Origin: Gemmatimonadales bacterium
GTDB taxonomy: Bacteria; Gemmatimonadota; Gemmatimonadetes; Gemmatimonadales; GWC2-71-9
Length of the DNA: 64,000 bases
Assembly (NCBI GenBank): GCA_025927545.1
Contig: JAICLE010000007.1
Span: forward strand, 384-64,383
Reading direction: 5' to 3'
The translations under genes and the position numbers were made by a program. The notes beneath the pieces are model-generated. The model searched no databases. It saw only the letters and a list, made by a program, of their open reading frames with translations, and was not told where the DNA came from. The stretch's first letter is position 1. Each line of letters starts with the position of its first letter. Shown here piece by piece: positions 49,747 to 57,473 of this stretch.

Positions 49747-50525
49747 CGCGCCCGGATCAGGACTCGCCCCGGGACCTCGCCGCCGCCTACGCCCTCGGCG
49801 CGCTGTCGCGGGACGAGGCGGCGCGGTTCGAGGCCTACCTTGCCACGTCGGCGGAGGCGCGCGACGAGGTGAGCGAATACCGCGAGGTGGCGGCGCTCCT
49901 GGCCCTCGGCGGCCCCGAGTCGGCTCCAGGTCGCGCGCTGCGCGATCGGGTGCTCGCCCGGGCCGGCGTGCAGAGCGCGCCGCCGCAGGCGTCCGCCCCA
50001 CGTGCGAGCGGCGGCCGCGCACGCGAGTACGGCCTCTGGGTGGCGCTGGCCGCGAGTCTCCTGCTCGTGATGGGACTTGGCGCGGCCGTCCTCTCCACTG
50101 CACGCCAGCTCGCCGCGGCGAAACAGATCGCCGCCAGCGCCGGGCAGCAGCTCGCCGCGCGGGACGCGACGCTGGACGCGATCCTCGCGCCGGGCGTACA
50201 GCTGGTGCAGCTCACCGCCAGCGGTGATCCCGAGCCGGGCATTCAGCTCTTCTGGGATCGGCAGCGGCATCGCGCCATCGTCAACGGCTACCGGCTCAGA
50301 CCGGTCGCCCAGGGAAAGGCCTACCAGCTCTGGTTCATCAAGGACGGCAAGCCGGTGCCGTCGGTCACGTTCAAGCCCGCACCCGACGGCCGTGCCAGCG
50401 TCGGGACGGTCCCGCTGCCGGCAGACGGCTCGATCAGCGCCGCGGCTGTCACCGTGGAGCCCGAAGCCGGCTCTCTTCAGCCGACCTCGCCGATTCTCCT
50501 GGTGGGGACGCTCCCCAAATCCTGA
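49743..50525 (+). CDS. rskA: anti-sigma-K factor RskA-like (single-pass membrane anti-sigma factor)
   Basis: ATGA overlap with the sigma gene. N-terminal LAAAYALGAL, a central TM helix WVALAASLLLVMGLGAAVL, and a C-terminal domain KAYQLWFIKDGKPVPSVTF...VTVEPEAG. Confidence 0.85.
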   Translation: MTRPDQDSPRDLAAAYALGALSRDEAARFEAYLATSAEARDEVSEYREVAALLALGGPESAPGRALRDRVLARAGVQSAPPQASAPRASGGRAREYGLWVALAASLLLVMGLGAAVLSTARQLAAAKQIAASAGQQLAARDATLDAILAPGVQLVQLTASGDPEPGIQLFWDRQRHRAIVNGYRLRPVAQGKAYQLWFIKDGKPVPSVTFKPAPDGRASVGTVPLPADGSISAAAVTVEPEAGSLQPTSPILLVGTLPKS

Positions 50526-50536
50526 GCGGGGCGCAC

Positions 50537-51382
50537 GTGGGACGCGTAGTCGTGCTCTGGATTGCCCTCTTGTCCGCGAGCCGCGTCGTCGCGCAGCTCC
50601 CGCCCCAGCTCGCCCGCGAGCGCGCCGATTATGCCGCATGGCTGGCCACTTCGCCCGTCTCACCGCTCGCCGCCATCGCCCAACAGCCCATCGGCGACGG
50701 CATCGAGCTCGGCCCGTCCGATGCCGACATCCCGCTCGGCGGAGTGCCCCGCCACCGGCTCACGCAGCGGGGTGGGGCCGTGACGCTCGACGGTCCCACC
50801 GGACGGCGCGCGGTCCCGCGCGGTGTGCGGGTGCGGGTGGGCGCGTACACTCTGGTGGTCGACGGCCCGGCCGGCCGTGCGGTGCTCACCGTCTTCGGGT
50901 CGCCGCGTCCGCACGCCCACCCCGAGTTCTACCGCTACCAGCAGTCCCTGGCCTTCAGCGGGCCGCTGGCGCCCCCCCAGCGGCCCGGCCGGGTCCGCGT
51001 GCTCGGCCTGGATGGAATCGAGGTCGAGGCGGCGGAGGCCGGCAGTGTGCTCGTGCCAATTCAGGGCGATCGGGTCCGGCTCCGCGTGCTCCGCCTGCCC
51101 ACCACGGGTGGGGAGGAGTCGGAGCTCGAGATCTTCTTCCGGGACGCCACCAACGCGCACGGAAGCTACCCCGCGGGACGCTTCGTGACGATCGTTCCGC
51201 TCGGCGGCGGGAATTATCGGCTGGATTTCAATCGCGCGCGCAATCCGTTCTGCGCCTACAGCACCGCCTATCCCTGTCCCGCACCCTGGCGCGGCAACAC
51301 GATCGCGGCGCCGGTGCCTGCGGGTGAGCGGTATACGGGCGGCACCGTGCCGGCCTCCGCCGTTCCAGCCGAGGTACCGTGA
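50537..51382 (+). CDS. DUF1684-domain protein
   Basis: GTG start and a signal peptide. C-terminal NPFCAYSTAYPCPAPWRGNTIAAPVPAGE matches the DUF1684 signature as I remember it. Confidence 0.78.
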   Translation: MGRVVVLWIALLSASRVVAQLPPQLARERADYAAWLATSPVSPLAAIAQQPIGDGIELGPSDADIPLGGVPRHRLTQRGGAVTLDGPTGRRAVPRGVRVRVGAYTLVVDGPAGRAVLTVFGSPRPHAHPEFYRYQQSLAFSGPLAPPQRPGRVRVLGLDGIEVEAAEAGSVLVPIQGDRVRLRVLRLPTTGGEESELEIFFRDATNAHGSYPAGRFVTIVPLGGGNYRLDFNRARNPFCAYSTAYPCPAPWRGNTIAAPVPAGERYTGGTVPASAVPAEVP

Positions 51383-52593
51383 TGCGACTCGGGTTGGCAG
51401 CGGCGGCGCTCATGCTCCTGGCCCCGCCGTCGCCCGTGGGGTCCTGGCGCGCGGTGCTGGACCTGGCGGGCGGCACCCTGCCGTTCACGCTCGAGATCGG
51501 GCGCGGAGCCGGTCACTGGACGGCACGGCTGTGCAACGGCCGCGAGTGTCACCCCCTCTCGAGCGTGCGGCTCCGCGGAGACAGCGTGGTGCTCGAAATC
51601 GCCGACTACGCGGCCAGCATTACTGCCGCGTTCCACGGTGATTCACTCAGCGGCAGCTATCGCAACGTCGGCAACCGCGGGCCGCGAGTCATTCCGTTTC
51701 GCGCGTCCCGCGGCCGCTGGCCCGTGACCCGCGCCCCCGCCACACTCGTGGGACGATGGGACGCGACCTTTTTTTCCGATTTCGGCTCGAGCCCGCGCGT
51801 CTTCGAGTTGCGGAACGGGACTCGGGGGCTCGAAGGCACGCTGATCTCCAACACCGGCGACTACGGGCACTTCGCGGGAACCGTGCGAGGGGACAGCTTC
51901 GCGCTGGCCCACTTCGATGGCTCGTTCGTCTACCTGCTCACGGGCGCGCTGCACGGCGATACGCTCCGCGGGGTGTTCCACGCGGGGCTGCACAGCGAGA
52001 CGCCGTGGATCGCGCTGCGGAGCACGGGCGCCGCGCACCTCCGGGGACCTACCGAGATCACGGGTGCAGACACCACGGCACCCTTCCGCTTTGCCTTTCC
52101 CGACCTCGACGGCCATGTCGTAACGGAGCGCGACCCGCGCTTCGCGGGAAAGGTGGTGCTGGTCGACGTGTTCGGGACCTGGTGCCCCACCTGCCACGAC
52201 TCGGCTCCCGCACTGGTGCGGCTCTACCGGAAGTATCACGCGCGCGGCCTCGAGATCGTCGGGCTGGCCTACGAGGTGACCGGCGATACCGCGGTCGATG
52301 CCCGGCAGGTCCGCCGTTTCCGAGACAAGTTCGGCATTCCTTTTCCGCTTCTCCTCGCGGGGGTCAACGACGTCGATGCCGCAGGCGCGACGCTGCCGCA
52401 GCTCCATGGATTCACCGCGTTCCCCACGACGGTATTCCTCGGCCGGGACGGCCGCGTGCGACGGGTGCACGCGGGGTTTTACGGTCCGGCCACGGGGGCG
52501 CAGCACGCCGCGCTGATCCGGGAGTTCGAAGCAGAGATCGAGCGACTGCTGAGCGGAAAGCCGGGTGAGAGCGGGGCGCTCAGCCGCCCTTGA
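51379..52593 (+). CDS. TlpA-family thiol:disulfide oxidoreductase with an about 230 aa N-terminal beta-rich extension
   Basis: GTGA/ATG overlap with DUF1684. Thioredoxin-fold active site VLVDVFGTWCPTCHDSAP, plus FPTTVFLGRDGRV. Confidence 0.85.
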   Translation: MMRLGLAAAALMLLAPPSPVGSWRAVLDLAGGTLPFTLEIGRGAGHWTARLCNGRECHPLSSVRLRGDSVVLEIADYAASITAAFHGDSLSGSYRNVGNRGPRVIPFRASRGRWPVTRAPATLVGRWDATFFSDFGSSPRVFELRNGTRGLEGTLISNTGDYGHFAGTVRGDSFALAHFDGSFVYLLTGALHGDTLRGVFHAGLHSETPWIALRSTGAAHLRGPTEITGADTTAPFRFAFPDLDGHVVTERDPRFAGKVVLVDVFGTWCPTCHDSAPALVRLYRKYHARGLEIVGLAYEVTGDTAVDARQVRRFRDKFGIPFPLLLAGVNDVDAAGATLPQLHGFTAFPTTVFLGRDGRVRRVHAGFYGPATGAQHAALIREFEAEIERLLSGKPGESGALSRP

Positions 52594-53179
52594 GCTTGAC
52601 CCCGGCCGTCGTTGCCTCGGGGTCCACCCGGAGGCCGATATACTCGCCCCCCAACGCGTGCCCCGGCACGCCGCAGAGCATCCAGTACCACCCCGCCTCA
52701 TCGGCGGTGAAGGTGGTGCGGTCGCCCTGGCCTGGCCGGAGACCGTCGGTGAGCATGCGCGTCATCGCATTCGTGAATGCGGCGCGACCACCCTCGGTGG
52801 GAAGCTTCTCGCGCTCGGCCATGACCACCAGGCTGTGCGGCGCGGTGGAGTCGGCCGACTGCCAGTCCCACTGCACGGTCCAGCCGAGGGGCACGACGAT
52901 CTGGAGGTCGCCGCCGCGGTGGCCGTTGATCAGCGCCGCGCCGTCGTCCGGTGCCGGGGTGACCCGAAGCGCGAGCGTCACCGTCCGCGCGGCGCTGTCG
53001 GCGACGAGCCAATCGGGAGCCTGGGGCGCGCCCCGCGGCGTGGTATCGGCCGCGGCTGAAGCGGGCGCCGCGGCAGGCGCCGGCGCCGCCGCGGGGGCGG
53101 GCGCCCGGGTGGTGGTTTGCGCCGACGCGCAGGCGACGCCGCTGGCCAGCGTGAGGACGAGTGAGACGGCGCGCATCAT
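52580..53179 (-). CDS. secreted cupredoxin (blue-copper, sulfocyanin/azurin-loop type)
   Basis: Signal peptide, Ala/Pro-rich tether, APHSLVV (His ligand) and WYWMLCGVPGHALGGE (Cys-x4-His copper loop). Confidence 0.72.
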   Translation of the reverse strand: MMRAVSLVLTLASGVACASAQTTTRAPAPAAAPAPAAAPASAAADTTPRGAPQAPDWLVADSAARTVTLALRVTPAPDDGAALINGHRGGDLQIVVPLGWTVQWDWQSADSTAPHSLVVMAEREKLPTEGGRAAFTNAMTRMLTDGLRPGQGDRTTFTADEAGWYWMLCGVPGHALGGEYIGLRVDPEATTAGVKLKGG

Positions 53180-53217
53180 GGAGCTCGATCTGGCCTCAGG
53201 CTCGGGTGATCGGTAGC

Positions 53218-53246
53218 TTGAGTGGCTTTCCCGAGGGCAATCTAAC
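53218..53246 (+). promoter_or_regulatory. candidate sigma-70-type promoter for the MFS gene
   Basis: TTGAGT, a 17-nt spacer, then TCTAAC. It ends 14 nt before the ATG at 53261, and GAGGAG lies between them. Each hexamer matches consensus at 4 of 6 positions. This is a pattern match only. Confidence 0.3.
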
Positions 53247-53260
53247 CGAGGAGACTCGCG

Positions 53261-54655
53261 ATGGCGGGACTACTGTCGAAGGAACGGATCGTCGCCGGGC
53301 CCGGGTTCAATCGCTGGCTGGTCCCTCCCGCCGCTCTCGCCATCCATCTCAGTATCGGCCAGGCCTACGCCTTCAGCGTGTTCAAGCTACCGCTCACCAA
53401 GGTCCTCGGCATCACCGCGCCGGCCGCCGGGGACTGGAAGCAGACCGAGCTGGCCTGGATCTTCACCCTCGCCATCGTGTTTCTTGGGCTCTCCGCCGCG
53501 GTCTTCGGACGATGGATGGAGCACGTCGGCCCCCGCAAGAGCGGCGTGGTTGCCGCCTGCTGCTGGAGCCTCGGGTTCTTCCTCTCCGCCATCGGGATCC
53601 GGTGGCACAACATCTGGCTGCTCTACCTCGGCTACGGGGTGCTCGGCGGCTGCGGGCTCGGGATCGGGTACATCACGCCGGTGTCCACGCTGATCAAGTG
53701 GTTCCCCGACCGTCGCGGGATGGCGACGGGCATGGCCATCATGGGCTTCGGCGGCGGCGCGCTGATCGCGAGCCCGCTGTCGCAGGTGCTGCTCGATCAC
53801 TACAAGTCGGCGACCTCGGTCGGCGTCGCCCAGTCGTTCATCACGCTCGGGATCGTGTATCTCGTCGCGATGCTGTTCGGGGCATTCCTCTTCCGGATCC
53901 CGGCGCCGGGCTGGCGTCCCGCGGGCTGGGTGCAGCCGGCGCTGGCGGATCGCGGGCTCATCACCCGCCGGCACGTCCACGTGGACAAGGCGATCCGGGC
54001 GGCGCCGTTCTATCTCCTCTGGACGGTGCTCTTCCTCAACGTGACGGCGGGCATCGGCATCCTGGAGCAGGCATCGCCGATGATCCAGGAAATGTTCAAG
54101 GGGATGGTGAAGCCGAGCGCGGCCGCGGGGTTCGTGGGCGTACTGAGCCTGTTCAACATGGCCGGACGGTTCGGGTGGAGCTCGCTCTCGGACCGGATCG
54201 GCCGCAAGGTGACGTACGGCGTCTTCTTCACCCTTGGGCCGCTGCTCTACATCGCCCTGCCCTACGCCGGCCGCATCCGGAGCGTGGAGCTGTTCGTGAT
54301 CTGCGCCGCCCTCATCATCTCGATGTACGGTGGCGGTTTTGCGACGGTGCCGGCCTATCTCTCCGATCTCTTCGGCACGCAGTACGTGGGCGCGATCCAC
54401 GGCCGGCTGCTCACGGCATGGTCGGCCGCCGGCGTGGCTGGGCCGGTGCTGGTGAACTACATCCGGGAATACCAGATCGAGCGCGGCATCCCGGCGACGC
54501 AAGCCTACAACGTGACCATGTACCTCATGGCCGGGCTGCTGGTACTCGGCTTCTTCGCCAACCTGGCGGTGCGTCCCGTGGCCGAGCGGCACTTCATGTC
54601 GGATGAGGAGCTGGCGCGCGACCGCGGCGCCGTCGCCGCCGGCGCCAAGGCGTGA
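53261..54655 (+). CDS. MFS transporter, oxalate/formate antiporter (OFA) family
   Basis: 12-TM profile. Motifs FNRWLVPPAALAIHLSIGQAYAFSVF, GRWMEHVGPRKSG, YLGYGVLGGCGLGIGYI.PVSTLIKWFPDRRGMATG and RIGRK. Confidence 0.9.
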   Translation: MAGLLSKERIVAGPGFNRWLVPPAALAIHLSIGQAYAFSVFKLPLTKVLGITAPAAGDWKQTELAWIFTLAIVFLGLSAAVFGRWMEHVGPRKSGVVAACCWSLGFFLSAIGIRWHNIWLLYLGYGVLGGCGLGIGYITPVSTLIKWFPDRRGMATGMAIMGFGGGALIASPLSQVLLDHYKSATSVGVAQSFITLGIVYLVAMLFGAFLFRIPAPGWRPAGWVQPALADRGLITRRHVHVDKAIRAAPFYLLWTVLFLNVTAGIGILEQASPMIQEMFKGMVKPSAAAGFVGVLSLFNMAGRFGWSSLSDRIGRKVTYGVFFTLGPLLYIALPYAGRIRSVELFVICAALIISMYGGGFATVPAYLSDLFGTQYVGAIHGRLLTAWSAAGVAGPVLVNYIREYQIERGIPATQAYNVTMYLMAGLLVLGFFANLAVRPVAERHFMSDEELARDRGAVAAGAKA

Positions 54656-54731
54656 ACGATTGCATAAACTCCCCCGTGCCTGAATATTGTTGCGGCCTCG
54701 GCCCAGAGTCCTCACCGCAGGAGCGCGTCAC

Positions 54732-54869
54732 ATGACGAACGTCGGGCAGTCGGCGGACGAGCAACCGGGACAGTGGGGCCTGGTGGCGCTCGCGTGGGTG
54801 CTGGTGGGTGTGCCCCTGGTATGGGGAGTGTGGAACACGCTGCTCAAGTCGGCCGCGCTGTTCCGGTGA
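54732..54869 (+). CDS. 45-aa single-TM microprotein resembling the 'MFS transporter small subunit' found after OFA transporters
   Basis: Inner ATG with AGGAG 8 nt upstream. LVALAWVLVGVPLVWGVWNTLLKSAALF matches the W..VG.PL.WGV..TL motif I recall for this family. Confidence 0.55.
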   Translation: MTNVGQSADEQPGQWGLVALAWVLVGVPLVWGVWNTLLKSAALFR

Positions 54870-55226
54870 GGAGGGCGGGAGGGCTGGGCTGCGCGTTTGA
54901 GCGCAACTCTTTGCACTGATTGCAGTTGACCAGGAAAACCGGGGTGGCGTGGCGCAACTGTCGGGAAGTTGGGGACTTGACGCCCGGACGGTGAACCGCA
55001 GATTGTATCCGGTTCTTCACTTAGCGCCCCCGAAATGACGTCGACCAACGGCCATCGCCCCGGCACCGACGCGCTGGTGCCCCGCTCGCATCGTCGGGCG
55101 CGCGTTCGCGGCAGCCTACCGCCTGGATGAGTTGCACGGTTGGGGGGCCGTCCCTCCGATCTCACCCGGACCCTGGTTCGAAGGATCCGTCCCGCGTCGA
55201 AGGTTCTGCCGAAAGGAAGCGTGTCC

Positions 55227-56894
55227 ATGCACATGTCTGCACGTTGGTGGATCCTCCCGGTGTTCCTGGTCATGACCGGTCAGGCCGCAGCCCAGAGCGG
55301 CGACTGGACGACCTACGGCGGCAACGACTGGAATCAGCGGTACTCCCGGCTCAAGACGATCAACACGGCGAACGTCGCCCAGATGGTGCCCCGGATGATC
55401 TTCCAGACCGGCATCGCCAAGCTCGGCTCGTTCGAGAACACGCCGATCGTATCCAACGGCGTGATGTACGTGACGACGCCCTACAACACGGCGATGGCGT
55501 ACGATCTGAACACGAAGAAGGAGCTCTGGCGCTACGAGCACAAGCTCGGCACCACGATCTACTGCTGCGGCCCGAACAACCGCGGCGTCGCCATCCACGG
55601 CGGCGCGCACGTGTACATGGGCACGCTGGACGCCCATCTCATCGCCCTCGACGCCAAGAGCGGCAAGGTGCTGTGGGACAAGGAAGTCGCCGACCCCACC
55701 TTCGGCTACAGCATCACCCACGCGCCGATCATCATCGGCGACAACGTGATCGTGGGGGTGTCCGGCGGCGAGTACGGGATCCGCGGGCACGTCACCGCCT
55801 ACAACGCGGGCACCGGCGATCAGGTCTGGCGCTGGTACTCGATCCCGGCGCCCCAGAGCGACTCGACCGCCGATGCCAAGGCGCCGAACGGCTGGACCGG
55901 CACCTGGGCCACCAAGGCGGAGAACTCCGACCTGCACCGGGACATCGCCAAGGAGAAGGCCGACAGCGCCAAGGCCGCCGACGCCTGGAAGACGGGCGGT
56001 GGCGGCGTCTGGATGACGCCGGCATACGACAAGGAGAGCAACACCATCTTCGTGGCGGTCGGCAACCCATCGCCCGACCTCGACGGCAGCCTGCGTCCGG
56101 GCGACAACCTGTACACCGACTGTGTCGTGGCGATCGACGCGACCTCGGGCAAGACCAAGTGGTACTACCAGACGGTGCCGCACGACGTATGGGACCTCGA
56201 TGCCGTGTCCCCGCCCGTCGTGACCACCGTCGGCGGCAAGAAGGTCGTGGTCCATGCCGGCAAGACGGGCTGGGTCTACGTGCTCGACGCCGCCACCGGC
56301 AAGCTCGTCCGCAAGAGCGACGCCTTCGTGCCGCAGGAGAACATGTTCGCCCTGCCGACGCCCGAGGGCACCCGGATGCTGCCGGGCGCCAACGGTGGCT
56401 CGGAGTGGTCACCGATCTCGATCGATCCGACCCTCGACTACGCTTTCGTGGCCGCGCTGCACCAGCCGATGAACTACAAGGTCCACAGCGCGCCATGGGA
56501 AAAGGGGCGCCTCTGGCTCGGCTCGGCCTTCGTCGCCATCCCGGGGGAAGAGCAGTACGGCCTCTTCTCCGCCGTGGACCTCAAGACCGGCAAGATCGCG
56601 TGGCAGAACAAGGTGCCGCAGCCGATGATGGGTGGCTCGCTGGCCACCGCCGGCGGCCTTACGTTCACCGGCGAGGGGAACGGCAACTTCAACGCCTACA
56701 ACTCCAAGACCGGCAAGCTCCTCTGGCAGTTCAATGTCGGCGCCGGCTGCAATTCCGCGCCGATGACCTTTACCCACAATGGCGAGCAGTTCATCGCGGT
56801 GGCGTGCGGCGGCAATTTCCAGATCAGCTATCCGCTCGGGGACGCGTTGATGGTCTTTGGCCTGCCGGCCAAGGCCCACGCCATGAAGAAGTAA
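55227..56894 (+). CDS. PQQ-dependent alcohol dehydrogenase, methanol/ethanol family (type I, no haem domain), XoxF/PedH-like
   Basis: Signal peptide ...GQAAAQS. Vicinal disulfide IYCCGPNNRG (nt 55563-55568), GGEYGIRGHVTAYN, GGGVWMTPAYD, RPGDNLYTDCVVAID and HDVWDLDAV (Asp codons at 56193-56195 and 56199-56201). Confidence 0.92.
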   Translation: MHMSARWWILPVFLVMTGQAAAQSGDWTTYGGNDWNQRYSRLKTINTANVAQMVPRMIFQTGIAKLGSFENTPIVSNGVMYVTTPYNTAMAYDLNTKKELWRYEHKLGTTIYCCGPNNRGVAIHGGAHVYMGTLDAHLIALDAKSGKVLWDKEVADPTFGYSITHAPIIIGDNVIVGVSGGEYGIRGHVTAYNAGTGDQVWRWYSIPAPQSDSTADAKAPNGWTGTWATKAENSDLHRDIAKEKADSAKAADAWKTGGGGVWMTPAYDKESNTIFVAVGNPSPDLDGSLRPGDNLYTDCVVAIDATSGKTKWYYQTVPHDVWDLDAVSPPVVTTVGGKKVVVHAGKTGWVYVLDAATGKLVRKSDAFVPQENMFALPTPEGTRMLPGANGGSEWSPISIDPTLDYAFVAALHQPMNYKVHSAPWEKGRLWLGSAFVAIPGEEQYGLFSAVDLKTGKIAWQNKVPQPMMGGSLATAGGLTFTGEGNGNFNAYNSKTGKLLWQFNVGAGCNSAPMTFTHNGEQFIAVACGGNFQISYPLGDALMVFGLPAKAHAMKK

Positions 56895-56906
56895 CAGTGG
56901 ACGCTC

Positions 56907-56951
56907 GGCCGGCAGGACCCCGCCACGGGGCATCCTGCCGGCCGTTCGTTT
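56907..56951 (+). terminator. strong GC hairpin with a weak T-rich tail after the PQQ-ADH gene (terminator or attenuator-like)
   Basis: GGCCGGCAGGA (56907-56917) pairs perfectly with TCCTGCCGGCC (56933-56943). The loop carries an inner CCCCG/CGGGG stem, and GTTCGTTTG follows. Confidence 0.5.
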
Positions 56952-56959
56952 GAACCAAC

Positions 56960-57373
56960 GTGGCGGCACGGTGGTGGTGGGCAGCCCTGGCGGCTGCGGG
57001 GGTTCTCGGGGGGCATGCGAGCGCGGCGCTCGAGCCCGGCCGGCATTGGAGCGTCCGGGATGGGAACGACTGGCGAGCGCTCGGTCCCGAGGCGCAGGCG
57101 GCGTACACCGACGGGTTCCTGGCGGGAGCGGGATTCATGCAGGCGGCGGGCCCCGGTGCCGGAACGATGACGGTCGATTCCGCCGGCCTCCGGGACACGA
57201 TGACGGCACTCTACCGGAGCGGACGGTTCCGGTTGCCCTACGGTGCCAACGTCTACGTCAGCCGGCTCAACGACTACTACTGGTGGGAGAATCACCGTCC
57301 GCTCCCCATCTGGTACGCCTTCTGGGAGGTGAACACATCGCTCATTGGTCCGACGACTGAACCCGCGCGCTGA
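56960..57373 (+). CDS. hypothetical secreted protein
   Basis: GTG start, signal peptide MAARWWWAALAAAGVLGGHASA and coding-like third-position bias. No family recognised and no CxxCH haem motif. Confidence 0.5.
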   Translation: MAARWWWAALAAAGVLGGHASAALEPGRHWSVRDGNDWRALGPEAQAAYTDGFLAGAGFMQAAGPGAGTMTVDSAGLRDTMTALYRSGRFRLPYGANVYVSRLNDYYWWENHRPLPIWYAFWEVNTSLIGPTTEPAR

Positions 57374-57473
57374 GCTCACGCTCCGCCCGCCGCGGTCCCG
57401 ATTGTTGGTGCAGGCACGTCCCGAGGTATGGCTGTCGTTGGCGGTCAATACTTTCAATGAGGGAGAAGCACCT

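Noticed and set aside
54911-54924. TTGCAC-TGAT-TGCA as a possible sigma-54 (-24/-12) promoter
   Set aside because: The -24 GG dinucleotide is missing and the spacing between the two elements is about 3 nt too short for TGGCAC-N5-TTGC. The nearby TGGCGCAACTGTCGG lacks the -12 TTGC.
55175-55188. GGTTCGAAGGATCC, reminiscent of a tRNA T-loop (GGTTCGAATCC)
   Set aside because: The flanks do not form a T-stem, and I could not fold an acceptor, D or anticodon arm around it. I found no tRNA in this window.
55116-56255. 379-aa minus-strand ORF, and the plus-strand 608-aa ORF 55127..56953
   Set aside because: Both are alternative frames of the PQQ-ADH gene, whose frame (55140..56894 in the track) carries every family motif.
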